The translations under genes and the position numbers were made by a program. From IMG/VR virus record IMGVR_UViG_3300037524_000649: DNA of 64,000 nt; one strand, 5' to 3'. Source of the stretch: a virus. The notes below the pieces were generated by a model that was not told the DNA's origin, searched no databases, and saw only the letters and a list, made by a program, of their open reading frames with translations. The number at the start of each line of letters is the position of its first letter. Positions within the stretch are counted from its first letter, which is position 1. Positions 16,628-27,297 of the stretch are shown one piece after another.

Positions 16628-17716
16628 GTGGCAACTACCAATTTCGGCGCGCTGCTTTCCGAGCAGCGGCTCGTCTGGGCCAAGGACCTGTGGAAGCAGG
16701 CCCGCAACATCTCGTTCATCAACAAGTTCGCTTCTGGCGGCATCAACAGCATGGTGACTCGCGTTACCGAGCTGACGAAGTCGGAGAAGGGCACCCGCGC
16801 GATCATGACGCTGGTTGCCGACCTCGAAGGCGACGGCGTGGTTGGCGACAACCAGCTGGAGGGCAACGAGGAGGCGATCAAGGCGTACGACGAGACGATC
16901 ACCATCGATCAGCTCCGGCACGCCAACCGCAACAAGGGTCGCATGGCTGATCAGGCCACCGTCATCAAGTTCCGCGAGACGTCCAAGGACGTGCTGGCGT
17001 ACTGGCTGGCGGACCGCATGGATCAGCTGGCGTTCCAGACCCTCGGCGGCATCGCTTACTCGCTGAAGCCTAACGGCGTGGCGCGTGATGCCAGCTCGCA
17101 GCTGCCGTCGCTCGACTTTGCGGCCGACGTCACTGCGCCTTCGACCAACCGCTACCTCGTGTGGGATGAGACCGGTTTCGGCGTGAACACCGCCAACACC
17201 TCTCTCGTTGCGGCGGACACCCCGACGTACGAGATGCTCGTGCTCGCGAAGGCTGCGGCCAAGGAGCGGTTCATCCGCGGCGTGCGGTCCACGTCGGATG
17301 GTGAGGAGTACTACCACGTCTTCATGACGCCGCAGGGCCTCGCCAAGCTGAAGCTGGATGCTGATTATCTGGCCAACCTGCGCAACGCTGGCGCGCGCGA
17401 CATGAAGAACCCGCTCTTCTCGGGTGGTCAGGTCACGCTCGACGGTCTCGTGATCCACGAGTTCCGCCACGTCCCGCGTTCGGCTACTTGGGGTGCCGGT
17501 ACCGTGGCTGGGCAGCGCGTGCTGCTCTGCGGTGCGCAGGCCCTCGGCATGGCCGACCTCGGTGCGCCGGAGTGGGACGAGAAGGAGTTCGACTACGGCA
17601 ACAGCCAGGGTATCGCTATCGCGAAGATCTTTGGCCTGCTGAAGCCGCGCTTCCACTCGCAGTACCACGGCACGGTTGAGGACTTCGGCGTCCTCGCCAT
17701 CGACACTGCCATCTAA
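16628..17716 (+). CDS. major capsid protein (N4-gp56 / DUF4043-like)
   Basis: AAGGAGG RBS, GDNQLEGNEE and DQLRHA motifs, extreme codon bias. Confidence 0.9.
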   Translation: MATTNFGALLSEQRLVWAKDLWKQARNISFINKFASGGINSMVTRVTELTKSEKGTRAIMTLVADLEGDGVVGDNQLEGNEEAIKAYDETITIDQLRHANRNKGRMADQATVIKFRETSKDVLAYWLADRMDQLAFQTLGGIAYSLKPNGVARDASSQLPSLDFAADVTAPSTNRYLVWDETGFGVNTANTSLVAADTPTYEMLVLAKAAAKERFIRGVRSTSDGEEYYHVFMTPQGLAKLKLDADYLANLRNAGARDMKNPLFSGGQVTLDGLVIHEFRHVPRSATWGAGTVAGQRVLLCGAQALGMADLGAPEWDEKEFDYGNSQGIAIAKIFGLLKPRFHSQYHGTVEDFGVLAIDTAI

Positions 17717-17722
17717 CGGATA

Positions 17723-17746
17723 GGGGGCGGGGGTATCCCCGCCCCC
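17723..17746 (+). terminator. GC hairpin after the capsid gene (weak T-tract)
   Basis: GGGGGCGGGG-GTAT-CCCCGCCCCC. Confidence 0.5.
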
Positions 17747-17771
17747 ACTTGACGCCAAGGAGGAACTACCC

Positions 17772-18170
17772 ATGGCATTCGTGAAAGACTCTGGCCGTCA
17801 GTATCCGAAGGTGGCGATTGCTACCATTTCGTATGCTGACTTCCCGGTTGGCACCACGGACAAGGAGACTATCGACCTCCCCGCCGGCGCCATCGTTATC
17901 GGTGGTTATGTCGAGTGCGTCGCGGCCTGGGCCACGGCTACCTTGCCGACCATCGATCTGCAGATCGGCGATGTTTCGTACGTGTCGGCGCCGGTGGCGC
18001 TGGCTGCCGGTACTGGTGCCGCGCTCGTTCCGACGGGCACCAAGCTGACCGCCAACGACTCGGTGGACGTCACCATCGGCGGTTCCGGCTCGGCTGCGAC
18101 GGCCGGCTCGGCGCGCATCATCGTCGAGTACGTGGTCGACGGTGCTGCGAACGAAGTGTTCGACAAGTAA
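17772..18170 (+). CDS. probable capsid decoration/cement protein
   Basis: Beta-rich 132 aa directly after the capsid gene, with strong codon bias and RBS. Confidence 0.7.
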   Translation: MAFVKDSGRQYPKVAIATISYADFPVGTTDKETIDLPAGAIVIGGYVECVAAWATATLPTIDLQIGDVSYVSAPVALAAGTGAALVPTGTKLTANDSVDVTIGGSGSAATAGSARIIVEYVVDGAANEVFDK

Positions 18171-18180
18171 GAGCAGAGTT

Positions 18181-18209
18181 GGACTCCCCGGCGTAGGGCC
18201 GGGGAGTCC
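18181..18209 (+). terminator. hairpin GGACTCCCCGGC-GTAGG-GCCGGGGAGTCC
   Basis: 12-bp perfect stem after the capsid operon. Confidence 0.6.
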
Positions 18210-18236
18210 TTGCTGCCCAACCGATAGGAACTTCGC

Positions 18237-18590
18237 ATGCCGTTGTTCAAGTCCGACAAGCCGGTTCGCATCGCTTCGCTGACTGGCTACATGGTCACTT
18301 TCGTCCCGGGGGAGCCGCAAAACATCCCGGAGGTACTCATTACGGAGGCCCTCGCACTCGGCTGCACCCCCGTGACTGGTACGTACGTCAACTCTGACGC
18401 CAACCTCTCTGCCGACGAGCGCGAGGCTGAGCTGAAGACGATCATCACTGCCCTCATCGCCAAGAACGACCCGAAGGATTTCAACCACGACGGTTCCCCG
18501 CGCGTTCACGCGGTACGTCGTGCGGCGTCGTTCGCTGCTACTGGCGAGGAGATTCGTAACGCATTCGAGGCGCTTTCTCTCGGAGGCTGA
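18237..18590 (+). CDS. hypothetical head-associated protein
   Basis: ORF track and position. Confidence 0.7.
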   Translation: MPLFKSDKPVRIASLTGYMVTFVPGEPQNIPEVLITEALALGCTPVTGTYVNSDANLSADEREAELKTIITALIAKNDPKDFNHDGSPRVHAVRRAASFAATGEEIRNAFEALSLGG

Positions 18591-18593
18591 CGC

Positions 18594-19211
18594 GTGGCGC
18601 TGCATGTCGACGATCTTCTCGAACGTGCGAGCCGCCTCCTCAACGACGAGTCGCGCGTGCGTTGGACGTCGACGGAACTCATTGAGTGGATCAATGACGG
18701 CCAGTACGCCATCTGCGCACGCTACCCCGCAGCGTACTCCAACGACGCTGCCGTCTCGTTGGTGGCTGGGGTGCGGCAGACCTTGCCTTCTGGCGCGACT
18801 CGATTGCTTAGTGTGGAGTGCAACGGAACTGATGGAGCTACTGTTACGGCGTGTGATCGGACGGCGCTAGACGCTGCGATCCCCGACTGGCGCTCCGCAG
18901 ACTACGCCGACACCACGGTCGTGCATTACATGTACGACCCGATCGCGCACCCACGCGAGTTCCTGATCTTCCCCGCGCAGCCCACCGGGACGACTGCGAC
19001 GCTTACTGCGGTCCTGGCGATGGATCCGCCCAGTGCGACGGCTGCCACCACGCTTCCGCTGGAAGAGAAGTACCGCGACTCGCTCGTCAACTACATGCTG
19101 TTCCGCGCGCTGTCCAAGGATGCTGAGGAGGGAAGCGGCGCAATGGCGACTGGGTATTTCCAGGCGTTCGAACTGGCCGTAGACAAGGCATCTGGCAATG
19201 TTGCTAAGTGA
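18594..19211 (+). CDS. head-tail adaptor-like protein
   Basis: RASRLLND..RWT..ELIEWINDGQ N-terminus typical of podophage adaptors. Confidence 0.7.
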   Translation: MALHVDDLLERASRLLNDESRVRWTSTELIEWINDGQYAICARYPAAYSNDAAVSLVAGVRQTLPSGATRLLSVECNGTDGATVTACDRTALDAAIPDWRSADYADTTVVHYMYDPIAHPREFLIFPAQPTGTTATLTAVLAMDPPSATAATTLPLEEKYRDSLVNYMLFRALSKDAEEGSGAMATGYFQAFELAVDKASGNVAK

Positions 19212-19833
19212 TCTGCGCCCATACATTCGAGTGATGGTGCCGGGGGCCCCGGATCCCGTCATAGACCAGGCTGTGGTGGACGCGGCGCGCGAGCTGTGCC
19301 GCACGACCAACGGATGGCGCTATGAGCTGGAGTCGAGCGACCTGAGCAAAGAAGGGTCGCTCGTCGTCATGTCGGCACCGGAGAACACCGTGCTGCTGCG
19401 TCCGTACTCCGTGTCGTACGGAGACAATGGTGCGCTGGCGCCGATGTCGCGGGAGAAGCTGACGCGACTGAACTCGCGCTGGCGCTCTGACGTCGGCGAC
19501 CCATCCTTCTACGTGTTCGTCGCACCTGACAAGTTGCTGCTGACGCCGTGGCCGACGACCCTGGTGATGCGCGACTTAATCGTAACGGTGTCGCTCATGC
19601 CGGCGCTCGGCGTGACCGAGATCGACGATCACCTCGCCACGCGGTTCAGCGAGCACATTCGCAACGGCGCGCTTGCACGCCTGTTCATGATGCCCAAGCG
19701 CTCGTGGTCAGACCCGCAGCTGGGTGCTGCGCACTTGGCGCTGTTCGCCATGGCCATGGCCAGCATCGAGGAAGAAGGCACTGACAGCGGTGTACGCAAT
19801 CTGCCGCGCTCAGTGCGGTACGGGGGGTACTGA
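19198..19833 (+). CDS. adaptor / tail tubular-like protein
   Basis: ORF track, position and coupling. Confidence 0.65.
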   Translation: MLLSDLRPYIRVMVPGAPDPVIDQAVVDAARELCRTTNGWRYELESSDLSKEGSLVVMSAPENTVLLRPYSVSYGDNGALAPMSREKLTRLNSRWRSDVGDPSFYVFVAPDKLLLTPWPTTLVMRDLIVTVSLMPALGVTEIDDHLATRFSEHIRNGALARLFMMPKRSWSDPQLGAAHLALFAMAMASIEEEGTDSGVRNLPRSVRYGGY

Positions 19834-20192
19834 TGGCTAACCCGGTCACCAAGATCAACCTGTCGATCTACAAGAACTCGGTCTATACGCACCGGTTCAA
19901 CATCAACGATGCGAACGGCGTTCCCGTCAATCTTACCGGGTTCACGGCACTGCTCGACATGCGCGCCTCCAGCTCGGCTGATCCCGTGCTGTACCAGGCC
20001 ACGTCGTCGGATGACATCACCGTCAACCCAGCGGGGTACGTGGTGCTGGAGATCCCAGCTACGACGATCGAGGCGTGGGACTTCGACTCGGCGCAGTACG
20101 ACTTGGTGCTTCAGCCCGCTGGCGTCGCAGCAGACTCTGTGTGCGTAGCGCGCGGTAGCGTGGTCATTTACGGCAACATCACGGACATTTGA
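19833..20192 (+). CDS. virion structural protein (paralog of 23777..24148)
   Basis: Shared pattern Y..S..THRF...D..G....LTG..A.L..R and ARG.V. Confidence 0.7.
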   Translation: MANPVTKINLSIYKNSVYTHRFNINDANGVPVNLTGFTALLDMRASSSADPVLYQATSSDDITVNPAGYVVLEIPATTIEAWDFDSAQYDLVLQPAGVAADSVCVARGSVVIYGNITDI

Positions 20193-20429
20193 ATGGACAT
20201 CATCGCACTCAGCGAGTACCCGAGAGAGAAGTACAGCGCGTACTGGGAAATCGCCATCGATCGCGCAACAAGCATGTGGTCAGCCCGAATCTACGACTAC
20301 GCGACCAACACCGTTATGGTCGCGCAGACCGCGGTGGCACCGTCGTACGAGGTTGCTCGCAGCGCGTCGCAGACCTGGGTCAAGAGTCAGATGGAACTGT
20401 TCGCGCGGCCTTCGGGCGGCAACCCTTAA
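20193..20429 (+). CDS. hypothetical protein
   Basis: ORF track. Confidence 0.55.
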   Translation: MDIIALSEYPREKYSAYWEIAIDRATSMWSARIYDYATNTVMVAQTAVAPSYEVARSASQTWVKSQMELFARPSGGNP

Positions 20430-20444
20430 TAGGAGGAGCCAGGG

Positions 20445-20846
20445 ATGGCACTTGGATATAGCACCACCATCCGCACCAACCGGATGCAGGATGTTGCCGA
20501 TGCCATCAATGGCGGCAGCGGCGCGGGGAAAATTCGCATCTACGACGGCTCGCGACCGGCGACCGGCGGCACAGCAACCACGTTGCTGGCAGAGCTGACG
20601 TGCTCCGATCCGTGCGAGGACACCGTCACGGCCGGGGTGCTCACGTTTGACACGATTACGCCGGACTCTTCGGCCAACGCCAACGGCGTGGCTACGTGGT
20701 TCCGCATCGTCGATTCGGCGGGTACGTTCTGCGTCGATGGTAGCGTCGGAACGTCTGGGGCGGATCTCATCCTCAACTCGACGAGCATAAGCACCGGGCA
20801 AGAGGTAGCGATCACGTCGGCTGTTATCACTGAGGGCAACGCGTGA
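20445..20846 (+). CDS. virion structural protein (G/S/T-rich beta protein)
   Basis: AGGAGG RBS and structural-cluster position. Confidence 0.75.
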   Translation: MALGYSTTIRTNRMQDVADAINGGSGAGKIRIYDGSRPATGGTATTLLAELTCSDPCEDTVTAGVLTFDTITPDSSANANGVATWFRIVDSAGTFCVDGSVGTSGADLILNSTSISTGQEVAITSAVITEGNA

Positions 20847-21337
20847 TGGATTACGCCGCTCTGCGCAACGAGATTCTGGCGGGACCGCACGCCGCTGCGT
20901 GCGCGCCCCACGTCATCAATTACGACGCGCCGAAGACTCCTGGCGCGCAGCAGCGCGATCAGGCCATTGCCGATGTTCTCAATTCGGCTGAGGGCGGCGT
21001 CGTGTACCGAGAGCGGTTCGTCACGGCGCGTACGCTGCTGGCAGAGCTGGATCCGTTCGTGGCTGCGGCGATCCTGGATAAGCTGGAGGCCGCGGCGCAG
21101 GTGAACAGCGTCGTGAAGTGGGCGATGCGGTACGTCACCACGGATGGCATTGACATCGGTCACTCCGCGACACACTCCCTGCTCGACCTGGTGCTGACTG
21201 CGGATGAAGCGGCGGCGGTGAAGGCGCTGGCGGCCAAGTCCGTGGGCCACGCCCAGCTAGTGCTCGGCGCTCCGGTCACTGCCGCTGATGTGTCTATCGC
21301 ACTGCGCGGTAACGCAGTGTTCGATCCGAGGGTCTGA
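20843..21337 (+). CDS. hypothetical structural-cluster protein
   Basis: ORF track, GTGA overlap. Confidence 0.7.
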   Translation: MMDYAALRNEILAGPHAAACAPHVINYDAPKTPGAQQRDQAIADVLNSAEGGVVYRERFVTARTLLAELDPFVAAAILDKLEAAAQVNSVVKWAMRYVTTDGIDIGHSATHSLLDLVLTADEAAAVKALAAKSVGHAQLVLGAPVTAADVSIALRGNAVFDPRV

Positions 21338-21339
21338 CC

Positions 21340-21768
21340 ATGGCTAGCAGCAGAAACCAGACGCAAGTTACCTGGAGCAGCGCGACGTCAGTCACGCTGT
21401 CTTCTAACAACACGCGCTCGACGAGCGACGCGATCTCCTTCAACGTCGAGGACTGGGAGGCCGACATCCATCTGCATGCCGACAACTCCGGTACCCCGGC
21501 GACTGGTGACACGGTTAGCTTCTACATTCACTACTCGACGGGTGATCTGAACGCCGACGCGAGTGACGACTACGCGACTAACGAGTTCGCCGAGCACCTG
21601 TGTACCCTGGACACGTACTCGACTAACACGCCCGGTGAAGATCCGGCGTCGAAGGTCATTCCGATCCGTACGACCAGCGGCAAGTTCAAGATTTCCTGCG
21701 AGGGTCCGCAGGTAGCTTCGCGCAACATCGTTTGTCGGGCGAGGATCGAGACGCGCCGGCCGCAGTAA
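21340..21768 (+). CDS. hypothetical beta-rich structural protein
   Basis: ORF track. Confidence 0.7.
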   Translation: MASSRNQTQVTWSSATSVTLSSNNTRSTSDAISFNVEDWEADIHLHADNSGTPATGDTVSFYIHYSTGDLNADASDDYATNEFAEHLCTLDTYSTNTPGEDPASKVIPIRTTSGKFKISCEGPQVASRNIVCRARIETRRPQ

Positions 21769-21829
21769 TGGTCGCCCCGTACTCGGAAGCCACCTCTTGT
21801 GCTGAGTCCGAGTAGCTGAGGATCGTGCT

Positions 21830-23767
21830 GTGCGCAGCTTTTGGGGCGGTGACCCGCACTACAGCAACGTAATACTGCACCTGCCGCTTCAGGAGCACAC
21901 GCGCGACGTGTCTCCGCGGCGGTGTCCAGTCACGCAGACGGGCGGCGGCGTGTTTTCGGGCGCTGCGTATCGTCCTCCGGCCCTGAACGACGCCAGGGGG
22001 TCGTACCTCTACGACCCGACGACCGATTACCTGACTGTCACTGCTCCCTCGATCGGTTTCGCCCCGTGGACTATAGAGTTCTGGGCGAAGTCGCCTAGTT
22101 CTGCCGGCACGACCGGTATCAATTTCGACTGCCGCGCTGGTGATAACGATTACTATGGGTTCGCGTTGTATTTTCGCAGTACTGGTAAGTACGCTATCGG
22201 CGGCGACAACCCGTTTGCAGCAACCGAAAGCTCGCTTAGCTGGGCTACCGATACCTGGTATCACGTTGTTGCAGTACAGCGCGGCAGCAATATCTTCATC
22301 TACATCAACGGCAAGCTGGAGATAACTCGTGCCTGGAGCTACGAGTTACAACGGACGAGCTGGAGAATTGGCGCGCAGCACGACGCGGCGGAGTCCAGCA
22401 ACGGGGCTCTTGCAGACTTACGCGTTACTAAGGGCATCGCTCGCTACACGGCTGACTTTGTCCCGCCGACGTCTCTCTATCCTACCCACGGCGTTTCGAT
22501 CCTAAGCCGTTTCGTCCCCCTGCCGAGGAACAAGCGCCCGCCGATGCTGATTCGGCGTGCGTACCGCGGGGATCAGTACTTCGATCGCGTCGACGCGCAG
22601 CTTCCGCTCCGCGCCAATTTCATCGACGAGAGCAGATTGCTTACCGCGGTGACGGTCAACGGCGATGCGAAGATCGTCAACGACGCGGCGTATTTCGATG
22701 GTTCTGGCGACACCCTAACGGGCATACCTTTCTCTGCCTCAGCGGCGGAGTACTTCACGCTAGAGCTGTGGCACAAGCTCACGACGTCGGGTGACATATA
22801 CCAGGATCCGTTCAACAAGTACCCTCACGGCATGCGGTACGGCAACGCCGGGTTCGGGTACAAGCTGCAGGTGTCGCTCAACTTCAACTACGCCCCCGAG
22901 ATCTGCTCCTGCGCCGTTACGCAGCAGGATAACGTGGACAAGTGGGTGCACCTCGCTTTCGTGTGTGGCCCGCAGGGGTTAGGGTTGTTCGTAGGCGGCG
23001 TGCAGCAGATGCTCGGCCTCGGGGTCAACCCGAGTAGCTATCCGTATCTGTGGGTAGGATCTGCGGTAGTCAATCTGGGCGCTTTCTCTGGCACTGCCAC
23101 GGTGGCAGGCAACTCCTACACTGGATACGTCAGGGACGTTCGTTATACACGCGGCGTGGCGCGTTATCTGACGAACTTCACGCCCCCGCCAAACCTGCCC
23201 CCGCGCGGAGTGTACAGTGCCCCGCGCGTGCTGGCTGCGCCTGAGTACCCGCCGACCACGCTGGACGTCATCACCGGTACGTGCGACGCACTTGAGTCTC
23301 ACGACACGGCTGCGGTAGCCGCGCTGTTGCGCGCCACGGGCATATTGACCGCCACTGATGCGGTGGATCTCGGTGCGCTTGCGGGGCTCTTGGCCGGCTT
23401 TGTTGCACTTGAGGGCGGCGACGTCATGGCCGCCAGCGGCAAGCTCATTGCTGCTGGTAACCTGTCGGCGACGACCGCAGCCGATCTGATCAGCGCGGTT
23501 GGCAAGCTGACCATCCGCGGCGTGCTCAACACCACGGAATTCGATCGAGACGAGCTGGTCGCTCTCGGCAGCATTGTGCCCGCGCTGTATCACGTCGTGC
23601 ACACCAGCGTGGTCCTTAGCAGCCCCGTTACGACTCTGGCACTCTCAAGCCCGGAATCCACGTTAGGGGGCTTTCCGCCTGTGGTCGAGACGGATACCAC
23701 GTACGACGCGCCGGCCACGTTGGGGGTCTTCCCACCCGTCGTGGTCAGCGACATCACTATGTCTTGA
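21830..23767 (+). CDS. tail fibre / receptor-binding protein with two LamG (ConA-like) domains
   Basis: Two repeated units, each starting GD.xy..V...LPL, containing W/FTxExW and WxHxA, and ending RxTxGxARY..xF.PP. Confidence 0.75.
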   Translation: MRSFWGGDPHYSNVILHLPLQEHTRDVSPRRCPVTQTGGGVFSGAAYRPPALNDARGSYLYDPTTDYLTVTAPSIGFAPWTIEFWAKSPSSAGTTGINFDCRAGDNDYYGFALYFRSTGKYAIGGDNPFAATESSLSWATDTWYHVVAVQRGSNIFIYINGKLEITRAWSYELQRTSWRIGAQHDAAESSNGALADLRVTKGIARYTADFVPPTSLYPTHGVSILSRFVPLPRNKRPPMLIRRAYRGDQYFDRVDAQLPLRANFIDESRLLTAVTVNGDAKIVNDAAYFDGSGDTLTGIPFSASAAEYFTLELWHKLTTSGDIYQDPFNKYPHGMRYGNAGFGYKLQVSLNFNYAPEICSCAVTQQDNVDKWVHLAFVCGPQGLGLFVGGVQQMLGLGVNPSSYPYLWVGSAVVNLGAFSGTATVAGNSYTGYVRDVRYTRGVARYLTNFTPPPNLPPRGVYSAPRVLAAPEYPPTTLDVITGTCDALESHDTAAVAALLRATGILTATDAVDLGALAGLLAGFVALEGGDVMAASGKLIAAGNLSATTAADLISAVGKLTIRGVLNTTEFDRDELVALGSIVPALYHVVHTSVVLSSPVTTLALSSPESTLGGFPPVVETDTTYDAPATLGVFPPVVVSDITMS

Positions 23768-23776
23768 GGAGGCGCC

Positions 23777-24148
23777 GTGTTCCCGCTGGTAGATCTTCAC
23801 CTCTACGAACGGTCGATGTTCACGCACCGTTTCTATGTCTACGATTGCGACGGCGCCGCAGCCGATCTGACGGGGCACTCAGCGCGCCTTGAGGTTCGCC
23901 GCGCCCCTGACCTCACGGTCCTCGCTACCGCTACGTCGGCCGATGCGCTGGTCGTCAATGCGGGTGGGTACGTCGACCTTACGTGGACGGGGGCTGAGAC
24001 AGAGGCCATGGGTGGGTTTGGTCCAGCGCTCATGTACGACCTGTTCATCTTCCCGGATGGCGCTCCAGACAACGCCGTGGTCATTGCTCGCGGGCACGTC
24101 GTCACGCGTAAGAACATCACCATCCCGGTTGCACCAAGTGGCGGCTAA
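23777..24148 (+). CDS. virion structural protein (paralog of 19833..20192)
   Basis: GAGGAGG RBS and internal similarity to the paralog. Confidence 0.7.
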   Translation: MFPLVDLHLYERSMFTHRFYVYDCDGAAADLTGHSARLEVRRAPDLTVLATATSADALVVNAGGYVDLTWTGAETEAMGGFGPALMYDLFIFPDGAPDNAVVIARGHVVTRKNITIPVAPSGG

Positions 24149-25209
24149 TGCCTGCCTCTAGCCCAACACCGCCGCTGCTAAAAGCCCGTTGGCCGCTCCA
24201 GGACGCGGCCGACGCGACTGTGTTTGCTCAGACTGTAGCGCTGACTTCGATCGAATCCGCGTACGGTCCTTTCGTAGCAAAAGACGTCCCCGACATGACG
24301 ATGTTCCCCGTGTCTGGTGCGCAGCGCCCGGTGCGTGTTGACGGCCCTGCGCCCGGTACGTACGGATGGCGGTTCCCGGAAACGCCGTACAACACTACGT
24401 GGCCGGACATCGGGGCGCCGTTTGCATCTAACTATCCAGAGTCTCTCGGAGACGGGCTCGGCCCAACGTGCTGGGGGTTCGGGTATTACCCGTCTCCTGA
24501 CTTGTCGATGTCGATCTTTTTCCGCCGCTCCACAGTCAATTCACAAGCGCGGGCAATTTTTGGCATCGGACCAATTTACGACGCTCTGGATGGCGGGGCG
24601 GGTAAGTGGAACTACCAGGTTCCCGCGGTAGGATTTTACTTCGGGAACGACGGCCACCTTCGCGTGTTCATCGCGGGCGTGTCTGTGTTTTCTACTCGCT
24701 CGGATGGCATGGACAGCGGGGGGACCTATGCCGACGGGCAGTGGCACCTGGCCACGGCTCGGTTCTTCTACGACGACGTTAACTTCGACCCAACAGCTGC
24801 GCGCTTTGCCGCGGAGCTGTACGTCGATACTGTTCTCCTAGACTCGTGGTTTGCGCCACCCGACTGGACGCTGCCTCAGTTTGGCAATCCGTATACTCCG
24901 TGGTTCCTCGGCGGCGGCAAGCTGTACCGCGATACCATGAGTACGCACTTCCCCAGCACGTCGTATGACGGGAACGGCAACCTCGGCGCGTGCGGGGCAG
25001 ACCTGTACGACGCCAGGGTGTACTGCGGGCTGGTCTCCGCTGAAGACATTTACTACGAGGTGTTCGATCCGCCGCCGCCGACCGTTGACCCGCCGCTCAT
25101 CGTTGGTTCGTGCCACGAGCCGTCTCTCATTCGCCCGTGTCGCGCGACGTCAGAGTTGCTGCGGTGCACGCCAAACTCAGGCGTGCGCTTGATCCCGAGT
25201 AATCGGTAG
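24148..25209 (+). CDS. LamG-like tail-associated protein
   Basis: YADGQWHLATA and ELYVD motifs. Confidence 0.6.
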   Translation: MPASSPTPPLLKARWPLQDAADATVFAQTVALTSIESAYGPFVAKDVPDMTMFPVSGAQRPVRVDGPAPGTYGWRFPETPYNTTWPDIGAPFASNYPESLGDGLGPTCWGFGYYPSPDLSMSIFFRRSTVNSQARAIFGIGPIYDALDGGAGKWNYQVPAVGFYFGNDGHLRVFIAGVSVFSTRSDGMDSGGTYADGQWHLATARFFYDDVNFDPTAARFAAELYVDTVLLDSWFAPPDWTLPQFGNPYTPWFLGGGKLYRDTMSTHFPSTSYDGNGNLGACGADLYDARVYCGLVSAEDIYYEVFDPPPPTVDPPLIVGSCHEPSLIRPCRATSELLRCTPNSGVRLIPSNR

Positions 25210-25218
25210 GACGCTCCT

Positions 25219-26856
25219 ATGGCCATGCTCAAATTCCTGAACTTCCGCGGCGAGCGCCCCATACTGAGCCCGCACAAGCTGGACGCGCTGACTGCGCAGG
25301 TTGCCCAGTCGTGCCGGTTCGAGGGTGGCATCCTCAAGGCCATCCGTACCAACACGACGGTACAAGCAGCACCTGGCGGTTCAGCGGTCGACACCATCTT
25401 CTACTATCCGCCCAACGATGTTTGGCTGACGTGGACTTCCGACGTCGACGTGCAGCGGTCCATGATCGCCAATGACAGCCACAACCGCGTTTACTGGACT
25501 GGTGACGGAGCGCCCAAGTTCGCCACGGCGACGCTGATCGGTTCGACTACTGGGCCTTTCCCGAACGACTCGCTAACGCTCGGGATACCGGCACCAACGC
25601 TGACGCCCGACGTGGTCGTGTCTGGCACGCCTACGGATCCGCTGGCGCTGCCCGATTCCAGGTACTACATCTTCACGTACGTCGATGTGTACGGTTCCGA
25701 GGGCCCGCCGTCTCCGGTGAGCGCCATGGTGCAACCGATCGACGACCAGATAGTGACGGTGTCCAACATGGGTACGGTCGCTCCGGTGGGCGACTACGCC
25801 ATCACCAAGAAGCGCATCTACCGCACCAACACGGGTTCGCAGGGAGCCATCTACCAGCTCGTCGCCGAGATCGACCTCGCCACTTCGAGCTACGATGATT
25901 CGACCATGGCTGAGTACCTCGGCGATGAGCTGTCGACGGCTGAGTACGACATGCCCGACCCGAACATGTACGGGCTGCTGGCGCACCCTGGCGGGTACTA
26001 CGTCGCGTTTGCCGGCACTGCCATTTACATGTCTGAGCCTGGGTATCCGTATGCCTGGCCGGTCAAGTACCAGATAGGTGTCGACTACAACATCGTCGGC
26101 GGCGCCGTGTTCGGCGACACTGTCGCGATCCTGACCACAGGTACTCCGTACCTGATGGCTGGCAACCACCCGTCCGCCACCTCGCTACGGCGCATCGAGG
26201 AGAACCAGGCGTGCTTGGCCAAGCGGGGCATCGTCGACCTGGGTTTCGCGGTCTGCTACCCGAGCCCCGACGGACTGATGATGCTGTCCAACCAGGGCAT
26301 CAAGAACGTCACCGAGCAGGTGTTTACCCGCGACCAGTGGATCGCGCTGAAGCCGAGTTCGTTCGTCGCCACGATGTGGGAGGGCAAGTACCTGTGCTCG
26401 TACGACACGGGTACCGTCTCTGGTACGTTCGCCATCAACCCGAGCAACCCGGAGAGCGGCGTCGTGTACTACGACACCGTCTTCGGGGCTGCGCACAACT
26501 ACCTGATCGACGACTACCTGTACCTGCGCGTCGGCGCCAACATCGTCTCCTGGGACTCGACCGGCGTGTTCGCGCCGTACACTTGGCGATCGGGCAAGCT
26601 CCAGGCGCCGCGGCCAATCAACTTCGGCGTGGCTCAGGTGCGGGCAAATACGTATCCGAGCGGGGACACCACACCGCTGCGCATGACGCTGTACGCCGAC
26701 GGCGTGCGGCGGTGGAGTGGCTTCATCTTCGACGACAAGCCGTTCCGCCTGCCAGCGGGCTATCGCGCATCGCAGTGGGAGATCGAACTGGTCGGAGCGG
26801 CCGAGGTGTACGAACTTCTCCTCGGCGAAACCTCGCAGGACTTGAAGGGCGCCTGA
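25219..26856 (+). CDS. tail nozzle / DNA stabilisation protein (beta-propeller, podophage tail tubular B-like)
   Basis: 545 aa, FRGERP N-terminus, IYMSEPGYPYAWP repeat, position before the ejection genes. Confidence 0.7.
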   Translation: MAMLKFLNFRGERPILSPHKLDALTAQVAQSCRFEGGILKAIRTNTTVQAAPGGSAVDTIFYYPPNDVWLTWTSDVDVQRSMIANDSHNRVYWTGDGAPKFATATLIGSTTGPFPNDSLTLGIPAPTLTPDVVVSGTPTDPLALPDSRYYIFTYVDVYGSEGPPSPVSAMVQPIDDQIVTVSNMGTVAPVGDYAITKKRIYRTNTGSQGAIYQLVAEIDLATSSYDDSTMAEYLGDELSTAEYDMPDPNMYGLLAHPGGYYVAFAGTAIYMSEPGYPYAWPVKYQIGVDYNIVGGAVFGDTVAILTTGTPYLMAGNHPSATSLRRIEENQACLAKRGIVDLGFAVCYPSPDGLMMLSNQGIKNVTEQVFTRDQWIALKPSSFVATMWEGKYLCSYDTGTVSGTFAINPSNPESGVVYYDTVFGAAHNYLIDDYLYLRVGANIVSWDSTGVFAPYTWRSGKLQAPRPINFGVAQVRANTYPSGDTTPLRMTLYADGVRRWSGFIFDDKPFRLPAGYRASQWEIELVGAAEVYELLLGETSQDLKGA

Positions 26857-26857
26857 C

Positions 26858-27292
26858 GTGGCGAGGGCAAGACTACCAGCCATCCCGCAGCTACCGCCCG
26901 GCGCAGATCCGATGCTGCGCCAGGCATTCAACGCCATGCGCGAGGTTATCCTCGCCATGCAGGGCGTGCGCGGCGATGAGCGCGACTCGCGAGCGACGGC
27001 GGAAGAGCTGAGCAGCCTGTACAACCGCATCTTCGTTCTGGAGCGCGAGGCCGTCGTTCTGCAGCAAGAGGTGGACAACTCCCGCCGTATCTCCGGGGCT
27101 ATCGACGCTGCTGGCGATGGGGACCAGAGTAACGCCGTCGGGTTTGTCTACGACGCGGGGGATTACACGGGCGTGATGGCTACGACGGACGACGACGACA
27201 CCGCCGTGTTGTCCGGTACGGTGCGCACATCCGGTACGATTTCGCTGACTACGCTTGGTGATTCCAGCAGCATAACCGCCACGGTCAGCTGA
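26858..27292 (+). CDS. hypothetical tail protein
   Basis: ORF track, coupled to the nozzle gene. Confidence 0.65.
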   Translation: MARARLPAIPQLPPGADPMLRQAFNAMREVILAMQGVRGDERDSRATAEELSSLYNRIFVLEREAVVLQQEVDNSRRISGAIDAAGDGDQSNAVGFVYDAGDYTGVMATTDDDDTAVLSGTVRTSGTISLTTLGDSSSITATVS

Positions 27293-27297
27293 TAGTC

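Noticed and set aside
21830-25209. Diversity-generating retroelement targeting the fibre genes
   Set aside because: No reverse transcriptase and no near-identical TR/VR pair differing at adenines was seen. The LamG repeats are old protein-level duplications.
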